Virus record (IMG/VR): IMGVR_UViG_3300021197_001654
Span: 1 to 64,000 of that record
Direction: 5' to 3' (one strand)
From: a virus
Length of the DNA stretch: 64,000 bases
The notes under the pieces are model-generated. The model had not been told where the DNA came from, did not search any database, and saw nothing but the letters and a program-made list of their open reading frames with translations. Below, piece by piece: positions 10,663 to 21,100 of the stretch. Positions within the stretch are counted from its first letter, which is position 1. The number at the start of each line of letters is the position of its first letter. Made by a program: the position numbers and the translations under genes.

Positions 10663-10903
10663 TTAACGAATTTGCATAAGGGTTAGGCGTGCCCGTTATC
10701 GCGGCCATCGCCCCGCCCATTTGCTTTGTGTGCGCATCCCGGTCAAACCCCTCTCGCTGATAAAATCTGTTTCCCGCCGCGTCTTCCGGCTTAAATATCG
10801 AACTGCCGTCCTCCCTCTTAAAAAGAGACCTGCGTTTCTTCAAAGACTCGGCAGCCGCACCCTTATCAAGGCTTACAGCGAGTGGATTCTCTTCTACGTT
10901 CAT
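10562..10903 (-). CDS. Hypothetical protein (113 aa), possible N-terminal part of a frameshifted gene
   Basis: ATG overlaps stop of 947-aa gene (ATGA); ends shortly after T6 and A7 runs. Confidence 0.6.
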   Translation of the reverse strand: MNVEENPLAVSLDKGAAAESLKKRRSLFKREDGSSIFKPEDAAGNRFYQREGFDRDAHTKQMGGAMAAITGTPNPYANSLSESTQISPAPSSNLVELGEAFLFAQKNRGSSAT

Positions 10904-13743
10904 GGAGTCCCCTTAAATAGATCACGCCTAGCTTTTAGCGCTTCGAGCCCCTGAAGGTCGAAATTAATCGGGTTACCCACTGGAGGGGTCGAAGGGGGTG
11001 CCGTCGGAGGCGCTCCCCCTGCTCCAGGAGCGATAACCCCCGATGGTTTTTTCGCCTCATCTGCGGGAATATCCAACTCATTTGAGGTATCGGAAACTGG
11101 TGTAGGCGGGCTAACGCCGCCGCCCAGAGGGGCCTCGACTCCCCGAAGCATAATCGCAAGGTTCTTACGTCTCTGCTCTTGATCGGCGCCACTCAACGAT
11201 GTCGATAGCTTCCGCTGTGCCGCAGCCCGTTCTGCGTCCGTCATCGGAGTGACCGTTTTAGGCGTAACGCCGGCAGCCGCAGCCATCCTGTAGTACGCTG
11301 CCACGCGCTTCCCCGCGTCCTTGTTGTTTAGCGTCACTGCATTCTGTGCCGCCTTAAACGCTTGGTCTCCATCTTGCGCGAATACAGCCTTCGGGTCTTG
11401 GGGCACGGGGGTTACAGGAGGTTTATTTTCCTCCGCGTTAACGGCGGCCACTTCTTCAATACCCGCGATAACACTTTCCTCAGACGTCAGCTTGTCCGTC
11501 GAAGGTGCATCAGTTCTGGGGGGCGCAGTATTTTCCGCTGCGATTTCTTCCGTCGTCTTAGGTGGCGCGCTAATGCTCACAACCTTTAGGCCGCCAATAT
11601 TATATTCTTCGCCCCGAGACCTGCCCGCAGACGCGTCAAACTTCACGTCCGCGACTTCAAGACCCAAGGATTCGGGAGTGATCGCCTCGAGCCTTGAGGC
11701 GCGAACACCGTCGAATGTAGCGAGATACTTGGGATCATAATCGGGCTCACCCTCAAAGCTCTCCACGCCAAAGTCAAAATTGTCCCCTTTAAGGTCCTCG
11801 GCAGTGATAAATCTTGCCTTCCCATCCGCGTTCTCCGGATCGTCAGGATCGGCATCGTAAATAACAGCGCGACGTGACTCAGCAGCCATAACCTTCGAGT
11901 ACAGATCAAATCCTGGGAGGGAGCTTGAGTCAGGGTCGCTTTCAACCGGGGTCAGAACAGGTTTTCCCTCGTCCGTCAGGTCGCGCAAAAATACCTGGCC
12001 GTCAGATGTGACCAGGTATTCCTCGCCGTCTACAACCCGTGCCGTGATCTCACCGCCAGAAATTGCTTCCTCCCGCCGCGCATTGTACTCATCCTCACTG
12101 AGGAACCTTCCGTTATCGAGAATAAAACTGCCTTCGACCATCGCCGCCTCTTCTTCTGAGAGGGGAGAGGAGCCGCTGACCCGCGAGACCGCCGCAGCTA
12201 TGTCGGCCTCTGAGTTGCGGTGCAGCCTGTTCGCCCGACGCGTTAGCTTCGAAGCCCTATCGGGAATCTCACTAATCAACTCCACCTCACCGTTCTCGGC
12301 GATATCCTTTGTAATTAGTAGGGGCGGACCCTCAGCTTGAGTAATCTTCATCGTCCCCGGAGGATCAAACGCGTGATGCTTTAGACGCTCACCCTCGTAC
12401 ACCTTACCGTCGATCGTGACCCGAATAATCTCGCCGGTACCGATGCTCCGGAATCCGTAGTTACCCTCACCCCGCTTAAGCTCCCTCTCGAAAGCTCTCC
12501 GGGCAGGCATGTCATCGCGGCCTGGAATATAAGTGCTGAGGTCGACGTTACCATTAGCGTCCGTATCCACACGGCCGAGGCTTGTAAATCCATGGTCGGC
12601 CGCCCACGCCCGGTACGCCGTACTGGTTGTCGCCTGAGCTAGCTCCATCTGTGCTTCGTCGTATTGCGCGGGGCGCATCTGACGTAGCATCTCCAGATCT
12701 CGAAGACCTCGATCACGCGAAGCCTCTACGCTTTTGACGGTCGCCAGATCATCCAAAATCTGCTCTGCATCGTCAACGTCTATTCCCCCGTCGTTCGCCA
12801 ACTCTTCCATGGCAGTTGTCCGGTCACGAATAGCGCTCAGACTCTTCATATATTCGTCCGGCGTCAGGTCAGTCTTCATAAGATCGGCGGATCGAAGATT
12901 AATGTCATCCTGTGCATCTGATAGTTTAGCCATCGCCTCGTTGTGAGGCTGTCGGTACGTGTTGTATCGACTGAACAAGTCCATGCCCCTACCATCCGCA
13001 GTCCTGTCCGCAAATAGCTGCGCAACCTCATTCTCGTCGCGCAAGCCCAACCTCACAAGCGGGGAATCGGAGAGCGAGCGCTGGTTACCATTCTCGTCCA
13101 GGCCCTCACCCTTAAGCGCGGCCATGTTGGTTATTACCCCATTCTCCATCTCAAAAATAGCTCCGCCGCCGGGCAGAGCTTTCGCATCCTCATTCAGAGA
13201 CTTCAGAACTTGTTCGAAACCGTATACGTTCCTTGCCTCACTCAATTTGATGGGTTTAGTCGCGTTAAAAACATCTGGGTTAGAAAGCAGGTCCAGTTGG
13301 GCCTGGAGCTTCGAGACTCCCGACGCCCGTGAAGCTCCCGACTGACTCAACAACGTAGCTAGCATGTCGTCGTTCGGCTGCTTCTGGGCGTCAATAAGCT
13401 TCCCTAAGTCACGCGCAACTTTCTTCGCGTCCGCTGAAATACTCCTCGCCAAAGCCGTGTTTTTAGTATCCATCGCCTTTTTGATGGAGAGAGATAGTTT
13501 AGTCTGGCCGTTTCGATAGTCGAGTGCCATCTCAAGATCAGACCGACTCATCTTGTACAACTGCTGGTTCGCCATTCGAATTTCGATGGCTACGCCCTTC
13601 TCGAGCTTCATGATGTCGAGGAACCCTAGATCCGAAGCAGTTCGCTTAACCTGATTCGATGTCAGGTTGTTGACCGACTGCCCATGCTGATAGGCAGATG
13701 CCAGCTTTACCATATCGATTGTGGGTACGTTAGTAAAACTCAT
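10900..13743 (-). CDS. Putative internal virion (ejection) protein, 947 aa
   Basis: Helical N-terminal half, Pro-rich C-terminus, between the small ejection-like protein and the giant protein. Confidence 0.65.
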   Translation of the reverse strand: MSFTNVPTIDMVKLASAYQHGQSVNNLTSNQVKRTASDLGFLDIMKLEKGVAIEIRMANQQLYKMSRSDLEMALDYRNGQTKLSLSIKKAMDTKNTALARSISADAKKVARDLGKLIDAQKQPNDDMLATLLSQSGASRASGVSKLQAQLDLLSNPDVFNATKPIKLSEARNVYGFEQVLKSLNEDAKALPGGGAIFEMENGVITNMAALKGEGLDENGNQRSLSDSPLVRLGLRDENEVAQLFADRTADGRGMDLFSRYNTYRQPHNEAMAKLSDAQDDINLRSADLMKTDLTPDEYMKSLSAIRDRTTAMEELANDGGIDVDDAEQILDDLATVKSVEASRDRGLRDLEMLRQMRPAQYDEAQMELAQATTSTAYRAWAADHGFTSLGRVDTDANGNVDLSTYIPGRDDMPARRAFERELKRGEGNYGFRSIGTGEIIRVTIDGKVYEGERLKHHAFDPPGTMKITQAEGPPLLITKDIAENGEVELISEIPDRASKLTRRANRLHRNSEADIAAAVSRVSGSSPLSEEEAAMVEGSFILDNGRFLSEDEYNARREEAISGGEITARVVDGEEYLVTSDGQVFLRDLTDEGKPVLTPVESDPDSSSLPGFDLYSKVMAAESRRAVIYDADPDDPENADGKARFITAEDLKGDNFDFGVESFEGEPDYDPKYLATFDGVRASRLEAITPESLGLEVADVKFDASAGRSRGEEYNIGGLKVVSISAPPKTTEEIAAENTAPPRTDAPSTDKLTSEESVIAGIEEVAAVNAEENKPPVTPVPQDPKAVFAQDGDQAFKAAQNAVTLNNKDAGKRVAAYYRMAAAAGVTPKTVTPMTDAERAAAQRKLSTSLSGADQEQRRKNLAIMLRGVEAPLGGGVSPPTPVSDTSNELDIPADEAKKPSGVIAPGAGGAPPTAPPSTPPVGNPINFDLQGLEALKARRDLFKGTP

Positions 13744-13756
13744 CTTAAATCACCCC

Positions 13757-14533
13757 TTAGTTTGGTGTAGGTGAAACCGTTTCATCTTTCGACAACCACT
13801 TACTTAAAAAGCCCTTCTTGTTCGGATCTTCGGGCCCCGAAAAAGCCCCCATCATTGCGGCTGACGTAAGAGTATTTCCGGCGATACCGGCCATTCGCTC
13901 ACCCATGCTCGGGGTCTGCAGCATCATCGAAGGTACGCTAGACTGAAGCCCCCCCAACATGCCGGCGTAAGCTTGAGTCGTCCCTCGATCGGCCGCTTGC
14001 TGCTGGGCGCCAACTTGCTCACCCAAGCGCTCGGCATCAAGACGGCTCTTCCCCGTCTCGCCCATCAACTGCTGCGTCAACTCACGCTTTAAGCGCTCCC
14101 TGCGCCCAGAGTAACGAGGCATCTGAGCCGCTCGGTCAAGGTCGGCAAAGGCGCTCTTCATCGCTGCCTGCCGCTGCCGCATACCCTCTTCGCTAAACGC
14201 CCTTACTCGTGTATCACTAAAGCCGTAGTCCCCCTTCTCGAGTCGCTTCGTCGCTTTCCTCGCTTCGGGACCGAAATACCTTTCAATCGACGCTTTTCTC
14301 TCGGCCTCTTGCTTTTTCTGCAAGGCCATCGCCTCTTTCGCACGCTTATCAGCCTTATACGCCCCCCAGATGCCTACGGCAGCGCCCAGGCCCAGAGCTA
14401 TACCACCGAGAAGCGGAAGAACGGCAAAGGACACTTCAGGGTTAGGCGGACCTCCACACACAGCACTGAAGACGTAAAACGACAGTAGCCCCAACCAGCA
14501 GATGGGGTGTATGCGGGGGAAGAGAATGCTCAT
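13757..14533 (-). CDS. Putative small ejection protein (T7 gp14 / P22 gp7-like character)
   Basis: Hydrophobic Gly/Ala segment LLGGIALGLGAAVGIWGAY followed by Q/A/M-rich coiled coil; position after tail genes. Confidence 0.6.
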   Translation of the reverse strand: MSILFPRIHPICWLGLLSFYVFSAVCGGPPNPEVSFAVLPLLGGIALGLGAAVGIWGAYKADKRAKEAMALQKKQEAERKASIERYFGPEARKATKRLEKGDYGFSDTRVRAFSEEGMRQRQAAMKSAFADLDRAAQMPRYSGRRERLKRELTQQLMGETGKSRLDAERLGEQVGAQQQAADRGTTQAYAGMLGGLQSSVPSMMLQTPSMGERMAGIAGNTLTSAAMMGAFSGPEDPNKKGFLSKWLSKDETVSPTPN

Positions 14534-14555
14534 AACGAAACCTCAAGCCGATAAA

Positions 14556-15473
14556 TTATAACAAGTTTAGTACGCGCGCGTTCCGGACACCAAGGCTTAG
14601 TTTACCCACAAGGTTAAAATAACCCCTGCCCGATACCGCCCCCTGAAGAAAAGACCCCTTATTTTTAAGGAACACTGCGGCCCCCTCAGGTAGGGCGATT
14701 GAGCACTCTAGATAGATCTCATGATAACCCTTAGACAAGCTTGTCATATGGTGCAAATCAAACTGCGTCGCCGTATGCGCTTCAGACTGAACATATTGAG
14801 CCCGTGCAGGCACCGGGTCCTCATCCTCAAACACAAAGAATCCGTACTCTTCGGTATCTGTTCTTTCCTTCAAGGCCTCCTCGACTCCATGGCCCGGCCC
14901 GGTCTCACCTACAGGCTGCGGCGCCCCAGGGGACAGAGGATGAAACATGTTCTGACCTAAAATTCTATTGCTGCCCGAAACAACCGAGTCGTCTAACTTG
15001 CAGCGGAGACGTATCGGCGTGTTGATATTCGAATGACTCTCACCTTCAGCGTCCCGGTAGCTCCCCCGCCAAGCGTTGTAGCTTACAAAAAACGACCACT
15101 GCATCAGAGATACTGAAGTGTCATACGGCTGATACCAACGAACCGTGCAGCCGGGGACCACAAAATAATTCGTCTCCGACACAGTCTCAGCAACGCCCGT
15201 ACCGTAAATAGTCGACGTATCCAAGACCGAGCCTATCCGGGCAAGCGATGCTTGTTCCGGCTGAATGTGCTCAGCTTTGAGTTGAAAGTTGGCGTCTAGA
15301 TTCTCAACCGAGAGTCGGCCGTTCGCGCTCGACATTAGCCCGCTGTCTTTGTCCTCTGACTTTAACCGCGCATACGTTGACACCGGGTAAGCGTCATTAA
15401 AATTACTAAACGAACCCGTGTCTAAAAGATCTTCTCCTACAGTCGGTAGTGTCGGCAGGGTAATTTTAGGCAT
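14556..15473 (-). CDS. Putative tail/virion structural protein (305 aa)
   Basis: Beta-rich; shares SLxxGxHxIxL motif with the 875-aa neighbour. Confidence 0.6.
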   Translation of the reverse strand: MPKITLPTLPTVGEDLLDTGSFSNFNDAYPVSTYARLKSEDKDSGLMSSANGRLSVENLDANFQLKAEHIQPEQASLARIGSVLDTSTIYGTGVAETVSETNYFVVPGCTVRWYQPYDTSVSLMQWSFFVSYNAWRGSYRDAEGESHSNINTPIRLRCKLDDSVVSGSNRILGQNMFHPLSPGAPQPVGETGPGHGVEEALKERTDTEEYGFFVFEDEDPVPARAQYVQSEAHTATQFDLHHMTSLSKGYHEIYLECSIALPEGAAVFLKNKGSFLQGAVSGRGYFNLVGKLSLGVRNARVLNLL

Positions 15474-15480
15474 TAGATCC

Positions 15481-18108
15481 TCACTTCGTTACTTTGATCG
15501 CGCTTAATTTAGCTCCGCCCCATCGAACTGTTACACCATCTAGAATGTCGCGGCCTCCGACGGGAGACGCCCACTGAAATGGTAGATCTTTGTCTCCCGT
15601 AACAATATCTAAGCCTCCAGGAACTATTGATGACGGGACGGTAACAACTTCACCGTACTTCCGAACTTTGAGCGGCCCGTAACCCCGCATCCAAATATCC
15701 GGAACATACGAACTAACAAACCCACCAATCTCGGTAATGTCTAAGTCGACGGTAGTTGTGTTCTCAATAACCAGCATGACCGGTATATTAACACCCAAGT
15801 TACTCGGAAATAATCGGTCTCCCCGACCGTTAGACTTACCCTTAGGGCCGAGTGATTCGAAAAACCCAGGAAGGATACCCGCCGGCATCGCTGTAATTTC
15901 CCCGTTATGGTACAACTCGGTCAGATCACTGCGATCGTAACCGTCCCAGTCAGATGGTACCTCCCAGAAATTTTCTGTCGCGACACCGTGCGCCGTCATA
16001 GGAATCACGTCGCCGTTGTTATCGAACAACGGACTGCGGTTCGTCCAGTTGAACGAATTTGTCAGCGTAGGGACTGCCGCTTGACCGATCTTCCAAGAGC
16101 CGCCCTGCTTGTAACCAATCGCAAAAGACGCGAAAAGATCAAGATACCTCTCCGCCAATAAGTAGCTACCGTACTTACTGTAAAGCTCCCGCGTAAGAAT
16201 TCCGCCGCCCGCGAGACCGCTGTTCATAAAGACACTCGTCCGGACATAATTCGCGCCCGTAGAGTATATCGGATGGATGCCTAGCAACTCTACATCCATC
16301 ATGAGTATCAATTTTTCAGACGGCTTAACCGACAGACCAGACGCCGCGAAACCCAGTTTACTCGGACCATTATTTAACTGAAACCAACCTACGTTATTTT
16401 CGTCGAACTCCGCGTCCGACCCCGGATACCAGCCATCGCTAGAACTCGTCAGAATATTGTTAGTCAACGACAGATCATCGGGGTGGGGTAAAATTGCTTT
16501 GGACGTGTTTGCGTGCTCACCATGGGCTTCGTAACGACCTGTAAATTCGTTGATCTCAATATCAGGAGAAAGACTATCTGTCTCCGAGTACACGACCTTA
16601 GACGGTAGGTACTCACTCGAGAAAACGTTAGTCCCGATATTAGACCCCTGTACGCTATTAAGCGTGGAAGCTAAGATATCACGAGAGCCCGAAATATTAT
16701 CATTCGTCAACTTGTCTTCAGGCATAAATCCTGGAGTCTCGAAACGACTAAAATCAGTCAGTGGCGAGGCGTTGTCACCCGCAGAATCTTGCCTGATAGC
16801 ATTTATAGGCAAATCAAACGCAAGCATCCTTCGGGAAAAGACGCCGACCACGTCACCCTTGACGAACATATCGCTCTTAGGCTCAAGTCTGCGGGCGACT
16901 AACTCAATCGTATGATCTCCCGGCTCAAGGCTGACCACCGCCCCGAGGCGAACAGGCATTACTTCCGGACCATAAGCGACCGCACGAGTTGACTTTAGCT
17001 TCTGACCCGGAGCTTCCCCCGCTGTGTCGGGGTCATAGAAGCTCGTTCCCACGAAACTCTTCTGACCAAATATTGTCCCCAGCCAGGAGTCAGAAACACT
17101 CAATCCCAACCCGATGAGCACATCTCCCAAGTCACCATCTCCCTTTCTCGGAGTACTGTTCGTCACCTGGAGGCCGTGCGCAGACTCCTCAAAAGGTAGT
17201 CGCTTACCCGTAATGGTCTCCTCTAGAATCTTACCATCAACGCGAATCGCAAATTGAATTCGGCACGGCGTATGACCTTCGGATATATGGTGATACCCCT
17301 GACGGTTAGGTTTCGCATATTCCTCATCAGGGTAGATATCTTCGTTTAAAGGCCACGAGTAAGACTCGTCTTGTAGGTTAAGATTGTCTAAGCGGTTCTC
17401 GGTAGCCTCATTAGGTAGCGACTCCCATTTGGCCGACGGGTAGAAATTGTTGAGCGCCGTAGCCTCGTCTAACGCCAAGTTAGCTTGAGAATTACCGGCC
17501 CAAGTGCTCCTAAGTCCGTCACCCGGCTCAGGTGCGTCGAGGACCTCAACCCCAGTAAACTTCCGATCGCCGGGAACATAAGGCGACTTATACTCGAAAA
17601 AACCCTGCCATATATACTGCGCGTAAGCACAAACCCAAACTTGAGTCTGACCCGACACGAAGTTGATTTGCTGGGAGCCGCTTAAGTCTGCATTCTTAAC
17701 AGCCGTCCAGGCCCCGGAGTTCGGTATGATGGAGGGGTAGCCATCGGAGTCGGTGCCCGCATAAGTTCGCCGAAACGTCGCCTCGTCTAACTTCACAAAG
17801 TTCGGTGGCGGACGGAATGTGTAGTCGTCGACTAAGAATCCCGATTGCCCGTAAACCGGGTACGTACTCTCAATTTGAGTCGTATGGACATTAAAGTAGG
17901 CCCCCTCAGCCACGCACGGACCTGTTGTCTCCGGCGTTACACTAGTCGGGCCGGGCCTCAAGTCGTTCTTAAGACTATTCGCATTAAAATTTGTGCGGTC
18001 AAGGTTTGCCGCTAACAAATCATGCACCGGCTGAATGTCTTCGTTAAAATCTGAGGGGTCTAAAATATCGCGAGTCCGGAGGAATCGACGGGGAAAAATA
18101 TGAGGCAT
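15481..18108 (-). CDS. Putative tail spike/appendage protein (875 aa)
   Basis: Directly downstream of nozzle gene; N-terminal DILDPSDFNEDI...ANLDRTNF resembles fibre attachment segments. Confidence 0.6.
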   Translation of the reverse strand: MPHIFPRRFLRTRDILDPSDFNEDIQPVHDLLAANLDRTNFNANSLKNDLRPGPTSVTPETTGPCVAEGAYFNVHTTQIESTYPVYGQSGFLVDDYTFRPPPNFVKLDEATFRRTYAGTDSDGYPSIIPNSGAWTAVKNADLSGSQQINFVSGQTQVWVCAYAQYIWQGFFEYKSPYVPGDRKFTGVEVLDAPEPGDGLRSTWAGNSQANLALDEATALNNFYPSAKWESLPNEATENRLDNLNLQDESYSWPLNEDIYPDEEYAKPNRQGYHHISEGHTPCRIQFAIRVDGKILEETITGKRLPFEESAHGLQVTNSTPRKGDGDLGDVLIGLGLSVSDSWLGTIFGQKSFVGTSFYDPDTAGEAPGQKLKSTRAVAYGPEVMPVRLGAVVSLEPGDHTIELVARRLEPKSDMFVKGDVVGVFSRRMLAFDLPINAIRQDSAGDNASPLTDFSRFETPGFMPEDKLTNDNISGSRDILASTLNSVQGSNIGTNVFSSEYLPSKVVYSETDSLSPDIEINEFTGRYEAHGEHANTSKAILPHPDDLSLTNNILTSSSDGWYPGSDAEFDENNVGWFQLNNGPSKLGFAASGLSVKPSEKLILMMDVELLGIHPIYSTGANYVRTSVFMNSGLAGGGILTRELYSKYGSYLLAERYLDLFASFAIGYKQGGSWKIGQAAVPTLTNSFNWTNRSPLFDNNGDVIPMTAHGVATENFWEVPSDWDGYDRSDLTELYHNGEITAMPAGILPGFFESLGPKGKSNGRGDRLFPSNLGVNIPVMLVIENTTTVDLDITEIGGFVSSYVPDIWMRGYGPLKVRKYGEVVTVPSSIVPGGLDIVTGDKDLPFQWASPVGGRDILDGVTVRWGGAKLSAIKVTK

Positions 18109-20568
18109 TTATCTGTCCTGACGATACGGAACACGGCCGAGCGGTGTTCCCTGAGTAGCGATACTTACGTCGAACGCAAAGCCAAATAACTTCAGTCGAC
18201 CTAGCTCCCACGTACCGGGAATCTTAACCGCCTTATTAAACTCTTCCGCGCCAACATCATTGTCCCGATATAGCGACTCCCACACATGTTTCGACCGGTC
18301 AAAAAAGTTAATGTCGGGAGCTATTTTCGGTTCGTCCGGGTCAGGCGGCGTAGGCGAAACCCCACCTACAAACTCAATCTCAAAAGCCCACGAGTTTGCG
18401 TTCTCGATGCCTACCGGGATCTGACGCCAGAATACTCGCGACTCTCGAGTTCTTGCCTTGCCGACAACAGCTTCTCGCGCCTGGTCAGACACGATGCCCG
18501 AACCGTCGTCAGGACCGCAAAGGAGTAGGTCATTCATTTCCGTAAAAGGCTCCCAAGAGCCGTTCCGATAAAGACGAACGGTCGCCGTACCCACCCAGGA
18601 GTCCAGCATCCCGACATACAGATTGCGAACATTAGTTGGGACTAAACCAAAATCACCTGAACGAAGCCAGGATGACCGGTAGCGAACTCTACGCGACGGC
18701 CCAAAATAGTCTGTCGACTGGCGATCAAGTACAAATATTCGGGCCAGGTCGACCCGATTACGAAAGTTTACCGTGGTCCCCGATGAGTCGGTTCCTGGAC
18801 CAGCGACGACAATGTTTTGCTCGCGCGGGTCCGAGCCAACGGCAACGATATGGCGAGTGAAATCTTTCACGACACAAAGATCCGCGACGTGAATACCTAA
18901 AGTCTGCCGGCGCCAGAACTCACCATCAAAGCAAAGCATGATCCGATTCTCAACTGAACCCTTCAGCGCAAGACAACAACGATACTCCTTCGACTTCGGA
19001 TCGAGGACAGATACCGCATTCTTAAACTGGCTACGGTTAAGCTCCATCTTAAATGTCTTATCTATAGAAGTACTAATTTTCATCAGCGCGTTGTTCGCAC
19101 CTAAAGCATAGAACCCATCACGGCTGAGCCAGATAAGGCTACCATCAGGAGTTGCTTGAATTGAGCGTGGGCCGATGCAGCCTACGCCCGTCGAAATAGG
19201 CTTAGGAGACATAAAGTCGTCGTCGATTACGTACGTCGAGTTTTTCGTGAACGCGATAAGGTTGCCGTTGTGAGACGCCAGCCCTGTGATTGCGTCACCA
19301 TCGCCGTCAGGAAAGATAAAGTCTTCGAGGGGAAAGGTGCCCGGAAATCCAACCTCTGACCGACGAACGACACCTGAGGACCCCGGAATGTTGCCGATAA
19401 TCAATCGGCCTTGGTGCGCGCAGGCTACGCGGAACAAGGGTACCGAAATAGTCTCCGTCCACTCGAAGCCAAGCTCTACGTCGGCAGCGTTGTCGTCATA
19501 AAAGAATTGCCTCGACCCAGGAACACGAACGAGAAACCGAGGAATCGCGTCAGAGTGAAGCGTGTCCGGCGTCCGAAAGATTCTTGTGGCGACTGTGTGC
19601 TCAGGAAGATCACCTGGCGACCGGACCAGAAACCGCCGAGTAAGGTCATCAATTTCCGTCCCTTCGGGCAGCGTGTGCGGGCCGGTCGTTTTACCGCCGG
19701 AAATCAACTTTTGTAACGGCCTCTCGTCGTCATCGTCGTAAGCCACAGGCTCGAGAGATATCCCCCGAAAAGGCTCTGCTTGATTCGTGTGAACCGTCGC
19801 GGCCTCGCTAGGAACAGATATCTCGGACAAGTTCCCGTTGATGTCCTCATACTGGAAGTAATAAAACCACGAACCCTTAAGCAACGCAGCGGCCTGACCA
19901 GTAAGCTCATCGCCTGCGGTGCCGATTCTTCCCTGCCACGAATAACCCTTAGAATTAGGGTAATAATTCACCGCATCATCAGCGCTCGGCTGACTCGGCG
20001 AAGATACTCCAGGAGCGGCAGCTTTGCGACTGTATCCCAACGGCGTGGCCGAGTTATCCGAAGTAATTACTTGCGGTCGATCGACACCGTTGAAGTAAAC
20101 AATTTGATCGTTAATAACAACGAACTGATCCAACGTCTCCGGATTAACCTGGGTACTTAGATTGCTCAGCAAGACTTGATCGGGACTATCATGACCTCCG
20201 CTGAAAGAGTACAGCCTCGATCCGATGCGGTAGAGGAGCATCCGGGCTCCACCGTTTAATAGCTCCGCAGAAAACACGGCTTTCGGTACACCGGTTTTAA
20301 ACCCGTAGTCCGGAACTTTATCCATCCACGGAGTAGTTAAATCGTTAACGTCAATAGAGACGTCCTCGAAAGCTGAACCATCCGCAGTGACATAAATTTC
20401 AGGCTTGATTCTTAAAATAGAGGGCCCCACGACACTACTGAGTATGCCGTCGGGCCCAAGCTCTAAATTCTCTATGACCCACGCAAGTGGTGCGGGGGCA
20501 AAAACTTGCTTTCCCTCCCCTGGCGGGATGAAAACAGTATTTGTTTTTTGCTCCGTTGCACCAGCCAC
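18109..20568 (-). CDS. Tail nozzle / head-stabilisation protein (T7 gp12 / P22 gp10-like beta-propeller)
   Basis: 819 aa; ITGLASHNGNLIAFTK and GVGCIGPRSI...LIWLSRDGFY propeller-blade motifs. Confidence 0.75.
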   Translation of the reverse strand: MAGATEQKTNTVFIPPGEGKQVFAPAPLAWVIENLELGPDGILSSVVGPSILRIKPEIYVTADGSAFEDVSIDVNDLTTPWMDKVPDYGFKTGVPKAVFSAELLNGGARMLLYRIGSRLYSFSGGHDSPDQVLLSNLSTQVNPETLDQFVVINDQIVYFNGVDRPQVITSDNSATPLGYSRKAAAPGVSSPSQPSADDAVNYYPNSKGYSWQGRIGTAGDELTGQAAALLKGSWFYYFQYEDINGNLSEISVPSEAATVHTNQAEPFRGISLEPVAYDDDDERPLQKLISGGKTTGPHTLPEGTEIDDLTRRFLVRSPGDLPEHTVATRIFRTPDTLHSDAIPRFLVRVPGSRQFFYDDNAADVELGFEWTETISVPLFRVACAHQGRLIIGNIPGSSGVVRRSEVGFPGTFPLEDFIFPDGDGDAITGLASHNGNLIAFTKNSTYVIDDDFMSPKPISTGVGCIGPRSIQATPDGSLIWLSRDGFYALGANNALMKISTSIDKTFKMELNRSQFKNAVSVLDPKSKEYRCCLALKGSVENRIMLCFDGEFWRRQTLGIHVADLCVVKDFTRHIVAVGSDPREQNIVVAGPGTDSSGTTVNFRNRVDLARIFVLDRQSTDYFGPSRRVRYRSSWLRSGDFGLVPTNVRNLYVGMLDSWVGTATVRLYRNGSWEPFTEMNDLLLCGPDDGSGIVSDQAREAVVGKARTRESRVFWRQIPVGIENANSWAFEIEFVGGVSPTPPDPDEPKIAPDINFFDRSKHVWESLYRDNDVGAEEFNKAVKIPGTWELGRLKLFGFAFDVSIATQGTPLGRVPYRQDR

Positions 20569-20581
20569 AGAATCACCTCAT

Positions 20582-21082
20582 TTAGAGTGTAATCTCATAC
20601 TGCTTCTGCTTCCACGCAGAGGACAGTTTATCGTAAATGCCCTGAGTCCCCTTAAGGGTGGGCTGTGACTTCAGAACTCTCGACCGCCAAGACATGTACT
20701 TCTCGTCCGTCCACGGCGCGGGAATGTCGAAAATCTTAGCCTGGAAGTCGTTCTGAGCCTCTTCGGGGTCCTCGACGGCTGCCTCGACGCTGTCGTCACG
20801 CAAAGCGCTCACAGGCGGCACCCAGCCGACTCGAGCTTTATCGTAGACCCAACCCATCGGCATCCAATCATGGACCGACCGGTGCTCTACAGCACCACTG
20901 ACAAACTCAATCCCGTTCTTAGTCATCAACGTCGCCGTCCACTGCTCAGACGTGGGAGATGCGCCAAGAACACTTACCACCATGGCTTCTTCGTATTGAT
21001 TGACCAGGGTAAGCCGGTGCATGACCTGACCGACGCTAACACGGGGAATGGAGCTTAGAGTTGAGTAAAAAGTTTGAGCCAT
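20582..21082 (-). CDS. Hypothetical protein (166 aa)
   Basis: GAGG RBS upstream; in structural operon. Confidence 0.75.
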   Translation of the reverse strand: MAQTFYSTLSSIPRVSVGQVMHRLTLVNQYEEAMVVSVLGASPTSEQWTATLMTKNGIEFVSGAVEHRSVHDWMPMGWVYDKARVGWVPPVSALRDDSVEAAVEDPEEAQNDFQAKIFDIPAPWTDEKYMSWRSRVLKSQPTLKGTQGIYDKLSSAWKQKQYEITL

Positions 21083-21100
21083 AAATACCTCTTTTAATTT

